Below are positions 13,601 to 23,385 of a DNA stretch of 64,000 nt, one piece after another. The DNA comes from Leucoraja ocellata. Lineage: Eukaryota. The stretch spans positions 7,626,001 to 7,690,000 of the forward strand of contig JAWMAR010000085.1 in NCBI GenBank assembly GCA_036785375.1, read 5' to 3'. The translations under genes were made by a program, and so were the position numbers. The number at the start of each line of letters is the position of its first letter. The stretch's first letter is position 1. The notes under the pieces are model-generated. The model made no database searches and was not told where the DNA came from. It worked only from the letters and a program-made list of their open reading frames with translations.

Positions 13601-15112
13601 CTGTAGGAGTTTGTAAGTGTCATTGGAGACAAGTGGATTTTCCCCAGTCCCCGGAAACAGAGGCGTTTGTGTGCCTTCTTGTGCTTTAGAAAGGAGATGA
13701 GGAGGAATTTATTTTGTCAGAGGGTGGTGAATCTGTGGAATTCATTGCCACAGATGGCCATGGAGATCAAGTCAATGGATATTTTTAAGGCGGAGATTGA
13801 TAGATCCTTGATTAGTCAGGTTGTCAGGGGTTATAGGGAGAAGGCAATAGGATAGGGTTGAGGGGGACAGATAGATCAGCCATGATTGAATGGCGGGGTA
13901 GACTTGATGGGCCGAAGAGCCTAATTCTGCTGCTAGAACTTATAATCTTATAAATATCTCGCATACTTGTTTGGCTCAAGATGAATGTTGTCCACAATGG
14001 ATATAAACGGCCCAACCCTGAAATTATTGTGGGTGCTCCAGTGAAAAGTGAAACAAAAAATCTTTGCCACCACATGAAAATCGAAAACTATTGAGGAACA
14101 AATGCCAAGTATCCTGGAGTGCAAACTCTCGGGTGCATCATTATTTTGCTCTATATGACATGGTTGGATCCAAAATCCAATTGTTAAATGTAATTTTGTG
14201 CACTCTACATGCACAGGAACTCAGTTAATCTCATTGTCTCCAGAAAGAAACCGTTTATCTTATCTTCTGACTACATGTCCTTGTAGCTGTATGTTCAAGA
14301 CCTTGAGATTTACTTATCTTTCAAGCGAGCCCACTTACTTCCCCAAGAATCTAATTGTCTTTCTGAATGAGTCTGCTTGCATCACATAATGACTGTTAGA
14401 AGACAACTCCATTTTAGTTTGAAAGCCTGTTTTAACCTTTACATTACACCAGCCTATATGTAGAAACAAAGGACTGCAGATGATTGTTTATACCAAAGAG
14501 AAACACAACGTGCTGGAGTAACTCAGCAGGGTCAGGCAGCATCTCTAGAGAAAAAAGGATGGGTGACATTTTGGGTTGGGAACCTTCTGAAAGTAGGGGT
14601 GTTTCAAATCCCTGTTCCATTCCCCTACTGACCTTTCTGTCCTGGGCCTCTTCCATTGCCACCCTCTCTACTTTAAGTCTGAAGAAGGGTTCCAACCCAA
14701 AACATCTATATTACTAAAAGTCTGATCTTGACCACTTCCTGTGGTTCTGTATATTGATTTTTTTTTTTTAAACGCTGCCACTTATGGCTCTGATTTTTGG
14801 CCATCTTACTCAGAGTCCCCCTCCGCTGTGCAGGCCAAGAGGATTTTACCCATCGATTAAAAAGTAAAAGAGTTATTAGTGTTTAAAAAATGGTGAGATT
14901 CTCTATCCTGAAGACCACGCCCCTTCTATAGAGGGACTATAAAACCCGGAAGTGTTGAGTGCCTCAGCCAGTCTCTGCAAAATGGGGGAGCGAGAGGGTC
15001 ACATCTCTCAGTCTGAGCTGTGAATAACACTGAACATTTGTTTACTAAACTGTGAGTGTGGTTTTACTGACCTCGAGTGCCCTTAATGTGGTTTGAAAAT
15101 GAAAATGAAAAT

Positions 15113-15244
15113 GTGGTTGGTTTGAAGTGAAGCACTGCAAATGGCTGTTGGTGGTGGTTGGTTTGAAGTGAAGCACTGCAAATGGCTGTTGGTGGTGGTT
15201 GGTTTGAAGTGAAGCACTGCAAATGGCTGTTGGTGGTGGTTGGT
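15113..15244. repeat. 41-bp minisatellite, ~3 copies
   Basis: Unit GGTTGGTTTGAAGTGAAGCACTGCAAATGGCTGTTGGTGGT. Confidence 0.9.
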
Positions 15245-15616
15245 AATTGACAACTTCCTGTTTGCACTGTATATTGATTTTAGATAATACGCTAACACTT
15301 ACGGCTGTAATTTTTGGCCATCTTACTCAGTCCCCCTCCGTTCATCAGGTGCAGAGGATTCTTCCCATCAATGAAAAATAAAAGCGTTATTAGTGTTTAA
15401 AAAATGGTGAGAATCTCTCACCTGTCATTCACACCATGAAGGCCACGCCCCTTCCGGTGGGAGGGGGGAGGGATTATGAAACCCGGAAGTGTGGGTGTGG
15501 ATCAGTCTCTGCAAGATGGGGGATGGAGAGGTCACGACTCTGAGCTGTGAATCAACTGAACACACTGAATGTCTACTGCACTGTGTGTGGTATTTTGTGT
15601 GGTTTTATGGTGGTTT

Positions 15617-15971
15617 CATCCTGCTTGAAATGGTATGAAGCTGCATTTGAATTTGGTGGCCTTACACCCTGCTTGAAGTGGTATAAAACTGCACTTGAAT
15701 TCTGTGGCCTTGCACCCTGCATGAAGTGGTCGGAAACTGCACTTGAATTTGGTGGACCTGCACCCTGCTTGAAGTGGTATGAAACTGCACTTGAATTTGG
15801 TGGACCTGCACCCTGCTTGAAGTGGTATGAAACTGCACTTGAATTCTGTGGCCTTGCACCCTGCATGAAGTGGTCGGAAACTGCACTTGAATTTTTGATG
15901 GCCTTGCACCCTGCTTGAAGTGGTAGGAAACTGCATTTAAATTTGGTGGCCTTGCACCCTGCTTGAAATGG
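15617..15971. repeat. 48-bp minisatellite, ~7.5 copies
   Basis: Unit GCACCCTGCTTGAAGTGGTATGAAACTGCACTTGAATTTGGTGG(A/C)CT; it produces the 16-aa-repeat ORFs in the track. Confidence 0.92.
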
Positions 15972-18204
15972 AATTTTAAGGAATAGCCGTGTCAACTGCC
16001 AGCCCACCAACCGTGAGTGAGCTGCCACCCCAAGAATCCTTTTGGCCCACAATGTCCATGCTAGCCCCCTTGAAACCAATCCCTTCAACCCACAACACCC
16101 ATACTAGCACTCCAGAAAGCCCCCCCCCCCCCCCCCCCCAACTGGCCACCAATATTGGCTTAATGATGCAGAGTTGGCTCTCACTGTTTTAATAGTGGCA
16201 CGATGGTGCAGCGGTGGAGTTGCTGCCGTGCAGCACCAGAGATCCAGGTTCAATTCTCACTACAGGTGCTGTCTGTACACAGTTTGTACATTCTCCCTAA
16301 AGTATGTCAGTGTGATGCAGGGGTTAATACAGGTTCCTAAAATGGAGTTGTCTGCTTACAGTCCCTATGTGGAAGAAGCAGACTCGATCAGAAAAAACAT
16401 TAGGGGTCTGGGAAAAAAATTAGGTTCACTTGGAAGAAAGGTAAATCTCAAAGTCTTTAACATATAATCCCTCTCAGTCTGAAGAAGTCTCGACCCAAAA
16501 CGTCACCCATCCATGTTCTCCAGAGATGCTGCCTGAGCCGCTGAATTACTCCAGCACTTTGTGTCTATCTTCGGCTACTTGGAGTCATGTCTATCTTCGG
16601 CTACTTGGAGTCATGAGATAATATAAACCTTTTCTCACTGGAGACAACTGAGATTATTGGAGTTCCTGCTGTAATGTAATTGTGCATGTAGAGCGCATAA
16701 AACTACATTTAGTAATTGAGTTTTGGATACAACCTAGTCATATAGAGCAAAATAATGATGCACTCTGAGAGTTTACACTCCAGGATACTTGGTGCTTGTT
16801 CCTCAGTGGTTTTCGGTGATTTTCATATAGAGCCAGAGATCTCCTTTTCACATCAACATGAGCCTTCCACGACAATTGAAAGCTTGGGTTGTTTATATCC
16901 AGCGTGCACAACTATGTCTTGAGCCACCAGATAATTCTAAGATCACAAAGGTATAATGTTGCATGGAATATTATATTTCATCTCTATACGCGCTCACTAA
17001 TGAATTGTGGTCTTGTTGTGAACCAGTTTTTCCTGACTAGTAATTGCTTTATATTTTATGAAGCTTCTAAATAGATTATATAAAAGGCTATTTTAAAGAA
17101 TCGTCAAAATCCATTAACTTAATTGCAAGTTGGCCATTAATCTCTGATAAAATCAGTCGGTTTTGTAGGGATCCAGGTGAAAATTTCAGTGGGGAATGAT
17201 AATACAAAACCCAGAGCTGAACGTTTTGCGAACTGGAGTTCAGCCTTGCATTATCTCCTCTGTCCCCTACCTCCTATATCCCACCCAGTTCACTGTGCTT
17301 CTCTCTTTGTCTAATACCCTTTTCATTTCTCGCCTTTGGCAGATGAGTGGAGTATGTGGCAATCAAACTCCCCCCCACCCCCCCCCCCCCCCCCCTCACC
17401 TGTATAAGACACAAAGTGCTGTAGTAACTCAGCGAGTCAGGCTGCATCTCTGTAGAACATAGGTGGGTGAAGTTTTCAGGTTAGACCCTTCTTCAGCCTG
17501 ATTAGTGTTCCTACATAATCTAAGATATCCCACCCTGGATGATTATTCTTCTCCTTGTGAAAATGCTGAGAACTATGTACCGAGGAAGGGTCCCAACACA
17601 AAACATCACCTATCCATGTGTTCCAGAGACACTGCCTGACCCAAGTGCTGAGTTACTCCAACACTCGGTGTCCTTTTAGACGTTAGACTGCAAGTTTTAG
17701 AGGCACATCAGGGAAACAGGCCCTTCGGCTCACCGAGTAGGCATCGATCAACCCGTACACTAACACTATCCTACACACTAGAGACAATTTATAATTTTTC
17801 CGAAGCCAATTAACTTGCAAGCCTGTATGTTTTTGGATTGTGGGAGGGAACTAGAGCACCTAGAGAAAACTAACATGGTCACAGGGCGAACGTGCAAACT
17901 CTGCACAGACAGCACCCGTAGTTTACTTTATTCTGAACCTTGTATTGTGCCCTTTGCTCTACCAAGTGTACTTGAGTTTGGCTTGATTGTATTTCTGTAT
18001 AATATCTGATGCATAATAAAGCTTTCCACTGTACCTGTCCCATATGACAATAATAAACAAACCCAAACGTATACATCGCTTATAAGATTTTTTTTATCTT
18101 CCATTTCTACTTAATTATTTTCTTGGCTTATCTCCAAGCAGCTTCTGCTTTGGAAACAAAGAATAGTGTTCATCATTAGAGAGGCAACTGGATAAATTGC
18201 ATCT

Positions 18205-18900
18205 CGTTTATGGAATTTAATACAGAACAATGTGAGGTGTTGTGTTTTGGGAAGTCTAACATGGGTAAGACCTACACAGTGAATGGTCGGGCTCTGGGGA
18301 GTGTTGTAGAGCAGAGGGATCAGAGTGCAGGTATGTAGTTCCTTGAAGGTGGCATCACAGGTAGAAGGGATGGGCAAAAAGGCTTTGAACGCATTGGCCT
18401 TCATCAGTCAGAGTATTGAATATAGAAGTTGGGAGGTCATGTTGCAGTTATATAAGAAGTTAGTGTGGCTGCATTTAGAGTGTTGTGTTCAGTTCTAGGC
18501 ACCATGTTCAAGCAAAGATGTTATTAAGTTAAATGGTGTAGAGTCTGAGTTATATCGGGGTTGAACAGGCTAGGACTATAGGTATATAAAATGATGAGAG
18601 GAATAAATCAGGTGGGTGTACAGAGTGTCCTGCCCAGAGTGCTGGGAATCGAGAACCAGAGAACATGGATTTAAGGTGAAGGGGTAAAGATTTTATAGGA
18701 ATCTGAGGAGCAACATTTTCACGCAAAGGGCGGTGGGTGTATGGAATAGACTGCCGGAGGAGATAGTTATTATGATGTTTAAGAAGCAATTAGACAGGTA
18801 CATGGTTAGGGCAGGTTTAGAGGTATATGGGCCAAATGCAGGCAAGTGGGCATGTAGATGGCACATGTTGGTTGGTGTAGGCAAGTTGGGCTGAAGGTTT
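18205..18900 (+). mobile_element. Degenerate CR1/HER1 3' region
   Basis: MEFN..CEV..FG, LAFISQSIEYRSWEVMLQLYK.LV..HLECCVQF, WNRLPEE remnants. Confidence 0.75.
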
Positions 18901-19237
18901 GTATCTGATTATCAGTCAGTGGATGGTGTTTCTGATTGTTAAAAAATGGCAAATTTTACATAATGTAAGCAACAGTTTAAGAAATGGGAAATATTTTGCG
19001 AAGATGAACATTGCATCGTGTGGGGTAGTTATTTTTTTTTACCTGGAGGGCGGTGGGGGCCTAGAACATGCTACTAGGCATGGTGGTGGAAGCAGATACA
19101 ATAGTGGCGTTTAAGAGGCTTTTAGATAGGAACATGAATATGCAGTGAATGGAGGGGTATGGATCGCGTGCAGGCAGAGGAGATTAGAATGAAAGGATTC
19201 ATAAAGTGGTTATTTTGCAGATTACTAAGTTTGTTGT

Positions 19238-19374
19238 TCTTCTTCTTTCGTGTGGCATGCACAGCTTAAAGTTGTAGGACAACTTGTTCTATTTGATCTT
19301 CTGTTTGTGCACGTCTAGTTGATTGCATTAGTCGAAACAGGGCGGACCACGTGAAGGTTGCAATCTTCCACCCC
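19238..19374 (-). mobile_element. Short non-autonomous retroposon (SINE) with 5' HDV-like ribozyme and (GAA)n tail; Vingi/Ingi- or RTE-type driver inferred
   Basis: 11-bp TSD AAGTTTGTTGT at 19227-19237 and 19375-19385. The minus strand starts GGGGTGG and ends CACGAAAGAAGAAGA. A 3' hairpin AAGTTGT-CCT-ACAACTT is present. Confidence 0.85.
19321..19374 (-). ncRNA. Minimal HDV/CPEB3-like self-cleaving ribozyme fold (54 nt)
   Basis: Minus strand: P1 GGGGUGG / J1/2 AA / P2 GAUUGCA / P3 ACC / L3 UUCACGU / P3' GGU / P1' CCGCCCU / G / P4 U-UUCG-A / J4/2 CUAA / P2' UGCAAUC. All helices pair, the G1-U wobble is present, and J4/2 has the catalytic C. Confidence 0.85.
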
Positions 19375-19434
19375 AAGTTTGTTGTAATCCAGATGTATAT
19401 CTTGAGTTAGCTACGATAATCTGAAAACAATAAT

Positions 19435-19772
19435 ATGAATATGGATTTCTCTAATTTCAAATAATCCTTGCATTCCCCCTTTCCATCTCTCCCCATCCTA
19501 GTTGTCCTGCTAGTTTTACTGTTTGTATCCCCTCATTATCACCTCCACAGCCAGCAATGGACCATTGTGGGCTCTTTGGAGATCAGTGCTGGCACTGATC
19601 TGTGCTGTACCTTTTCATATCTCTAGTTTCCCTCTTCCCTGACTCAGTTTGAAGAAGGGTCTTGACCTGAAATGCCACCTATTTCTCCAGAGCTACTGCC
19701 TGACCCGCTGTGTTACGCCAGCACTTTGTGTCTACCTTCAGTATAAACCAGCATCTGCAGTTCCTTCCTACA
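19435..19772 (+). mobile_element. Penelope ORF end and 3' region
   Basis: MNMDFSNFK* followed by the same 3' sequence and a degenerate hammerhead. Confidence 0.7.
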
Positions 19773-20081
19773 CACTGAGCAGTTCAATGTTCAAAGTTGC
19801 AGCACAATTTATTGGTAACATCTTGCACTTTGCAGTGTGATAATTGTACTGAGTTGTGACTCCAACACATTTTCCCAGAGAAGGTCACAGCCTATGCGGT
19901 GAGGATGACACGTCCCTGAGCATTGGAATGTCTTAGATGGCACTTGCCTTTAAGGCCAATCCTCCCATTGCCACCCTGCTGCCTTTCTCTGTCGAATTGA
20001 TCACTAGTGCCTGAAAACCATTGATACCATTGGTCAGGGCTTGTTCATCTCAGACCAATTCACTGTTTCCGAAGATATTCC

Positions 20082-20412
20082 CAAAATGCTGGAGTAACTC
20101 GGCGCGTCAGGCAGCATCTCTGGAGAATGGGAATAGATGCCATTTCGGGTTAGAAACCTTTTTCAGAATGAAAGGTCAAACCAAATTGGGGTCGGCAACA
20201 GATGACCTCTGGTAGGGTGGAGTCCATAATGGTCCATTGTTGGCTGGGGAAGATGAGCTAACGACAAGGATACAAGGATGCAAACAGTGGAACTAGTAGA
20301 TCAATTGGGGTGCGGGAGGGAGAAAGTGGAATGAGAAATGAGAAAAATCAATGTTCACACCACGGGGTTGTAAGCTGCCCAAGTGATACAAGGTGCTGTT
20401 CCTCCAATTCAT
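20082..20412 (-). mobile_element. Penelope ORF end and 3' region
   Basis: The minus strand encodes LGSLQPRGVNIDFSHF followed by the pLTR repeat. Confidence 0.7.
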
Positions 20413-21535
20413 TGTTACCTCCTTACTCCCCCAGAGCCGGGTTTGAAACTGGTAGTTATTCATGGAGTCATACAGCACGGAAACTGGCCGTTTCCAGTGC
20501 GCCCATTTATCACCCATTCACACGAGGATTTTGTAGAGATACAGCATGGAAACGGGCCTTTCGGCCCACCGAGTCCATGCTGACCATTAACCAGCCGTTC
20601 TCTCTAGTTCTACGTAATGCCCACTCCCAACACACGAGGGGTAATTTACAGAAGCCAAGTAACCTACAAACCCGCACGTCTTTGACACGTGGGAGGAAAC
20701 CCACGTGGTCACAGGACCAACATGCAAACTAGAGTTTGGGATTGAACCTGGGTCTGTGGCGCCGTGAGGCAATGGCTCTTCCAGCTGCAACACCGTGCAA
20801 CAATTAATTTCAAAATGTTTCTAGTTTATTTGTTTCCAGCATGCAAATATGGGCAACAAGACCATTGATCACTCATTTACATGAATCAAATCCAACTTTA
20901 TCAGCTCCATATTGTTCTCAGTTCCCTCCACATTCTTCCACTTACCTACGCACCAGGGGATGTGGGAGGAAACCGGAGCACCTGGATGAAACCCACATGG
21001 TCTCAGAGAGAATGTGCAAACCCCACACACACACACAGCACCCGAGGTCAGGTTTGAACCTGGATCTCTGGTGCTGTGAGGCATTGGCTCTACCCACTGC
21101 CACACTGTGCCTGTTGCTATTACATAGCGGGGAGTTCTCTTTAATATGCGGCTGACTCATTGCCTGATAGATGAGAATGATGTCCCAGCCAGCAATTGCT
21201 GAGTCTCTGTTTAAACATGATTGGGGAAATAGGGGCCTGTGTCATTCCTGCTGCTGCTTTTTGGAGTCGATCAAATTTCGTGCTGTTTCTAACTGCCTAA
21301 TAATCTGAGAAAACAAGTTACAACAGAGGCATGTCCCATAAATTGTGGCATTTTACAGAGAATACAATCTACTTTCAATATGTTCAAACCACTTAAAGAA
21401 AAACCTTTTCTCTTGAACAGTTGGGAATTGTACAATTAGTGTTTGATTTGCTTGTTCAACCCTGCGGTTCAGAAATAAGTTATTGTACGAAGAAGGCCTT
21501 TTGAGTTTTTAAAAACATGACACCACAATACATTA

Positions 21536-21569
21536 ATGCAAATAGTGTTGTTCTACTTTCAGCTTCTGG
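21536..21569 (+). CDS. IGSF3: Putative signal-peptide coding segment (MQIVLFYFQLL-G) of the IGSF3-like gene; probable exon 21421-21569
   Basis: ATG at 21536, hydrophobic run, consensus phase-1 donor CTGG|GTGAGT at 21570. Joining to the 55268 exon gives MQIVLFYFQLLGLCRA/QRQVQ, a plausible leader cleaved before Q. An upstream acceptor CCTTTTCTCTTGAACAG ends at 21420. The segment lies in non-repetitive sequence. Confidence 0.65.
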
Positions 21570-23084
21570 GTGAGTGGAGTTTAAGTCAATATAAAATGAT
21601 TTTAAAGAAGGAAAGACAGCTCATTTTTGTCAATGGAAGATAAATTGACCTTTAGGTTATTTGTTTTAAGATGATGAGCAAAATTGCTTATGGCTTGTTA
21701 ATATCTATTGATTGTAAAGGCGTCAATAATGATTGTTCCTTAAATAGAACATTTATTTGACAGATTCTGAATAGGAAATCCGTATCTCAGGTACTGAAGG
21801 GTTTTGGTCGAATTGAATTATTAAAATTGATTCAACCTCCATCCCAATATATTATCCATTATATCCATTCTTTGTGTTTAAACATGTGTGCTCAATCTGT
21901 CCATCTAATAGATTCAACTATTCCAGCAGTTGGAAAGAGCTTGCGGGCTTGAGTTATAGGGAGCGGTTGGATAGGCTGCGACTTTATGCTTTGGAGCATA
22001 AGAGGCCGAGGGGTGACCTTATTGAGGTGTACAGGGCGGGAGGCACAGTGGTGCAGCAGTAGAGATGCTGCCTTGCAGCATTGGAGACCCGGGTTGGTTT
22101 GATCCTGACTGTATCTAACTGGTGCTGTCTGTATCTAACTATGACTATTCAATGAATACTTCAATAACATTATTTATTTCCAAATCAATATCATAAAATT
22201 GATCATCTGATTGTGAACTCGATGTGGTCTAAGACAGTACTTCTTAAACTGGTGAATGGTTCTACTAAGTTTGAATGAAATTATTTTGGGGTGAAGGAGT
22301 TAATTTATGTTTTTTTTGCTCATGTGACAAAATAAATTATACACAAGGGAGAATAAGACGAAAATTACCAAAGAAAACATAAGAAAGTTTACTCGAGGGT
22401 GAATGAAATTTTTGTGATAAAGGCTCAAGTGAATGACACTGAAATTATTTAAGAAGCACTGGTCTAAGAGACTGGGTCTTGCGCGAGTCAGTTGCTGTAG
22501 GTCCCTGCGTTCAATAGCATTCATGTTCATAATGCATTCATTCTGCAGCTTGTAAATCTGGGACTGTCCACAGATCTATCATCCTTTAACCAGAATGCTG
22601 CTGGATTGGGAGTTATTAGCTACATGGAGAGGTTGGGCAAACTTGGATTGTTTTCTCTAGAATGTTGGAGGTTTAGAGGAGACCTGGTGAAGTATTAGAT
22701 GCGTAGATATGGAGAGTCAGAACCTTTTTTCCAGGGTGGAAATGCCAAAAACTAGTTATAGATTTAACGTGAGAGAGGGAAAGTTTAATAGGTTTTTTTT
22801 TTTACATTGAGTGGTGGGTGCCTGTAACATGCAGCTAGAGGTGGTGGTGGAGGCAGATATTTAAGAGGCTTTTAGATAGGCACTTAGATATGTAATCCGC
22901 AAGGTTTTTCTCTGGGTGCTCCAGTTTCCTCCTACGTGCCAAAGACGTGCTGGTCTGTAGGTTAATTGGCTTCTGTAAATTGTCCCTAGTGTGTAGGATA
23001 AAACTAGTGTATGGGTGATCTCTGGTCAGTGTGGACTCGGTGGGCCGAAGTGCCAATTTCCAAGCAGTATCTTTTAACTTAAGT

Positions 23085-23385
23085 CGGCACAGTGCCCTAG
23101 CATTTGAGCTACTGCCTTGCAGCGCCAGAGATCCTGTCTTGATCCTGACTACAGGTACTGTCTGTATGGATTTTGTACGTTCTCCCCGTGACCTGCGTGG
23201 GTTTTCACCGAGATCTTTGGTTTCCTCCCTCACGCCAAAGATGTACAGGTTTGTAAGTTAATTGAGTGGTGTAAATGTAAAATTGTCCCTCGTGTAGTGT
23301 TATTGTGCAGGGATCGCTGGTCGGTGTGGACTCGGTGGGCCGAAAGGCCTATTTCGCGCTGTATCTCCAAATTAAACTAAAGTAA
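23085..23385 (+). mobile_element. HE1-like V-SINE
   Basis: Same head, V-domain and tail architecture. Confidence 0.8.

Larger units (their letters stand above)
14705..16158 (+). mobile_element. Non-autonomous Helitron-like element with internal duplication and minisatellites (3' end not seen)
   Basis: A|TCTATATTACTAAAAG 5' terminus; ~330-bp diverged direct duplication (14735-15060 vs 15254-15595); 41-bp and 48-bp tandem arrays. Confidence 0.6.

Noticed and set aside
15547-16088. ORFs with 16-aa repeats (PCLKWYETALEFGG..) and a CRISPR-like appearance
   Set aside because: Head-to-tail 48-bp minisatellite with no unique spacers or cas genes; several frames are open on both strands; eukaryotic context.
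16562-16615. 26-bp direct repeat TGTCTATCTTCGGCTACTTGGAGTCA x2
   Set aside because: Simple local tandem duplication at a repeat edge, with no spacer.
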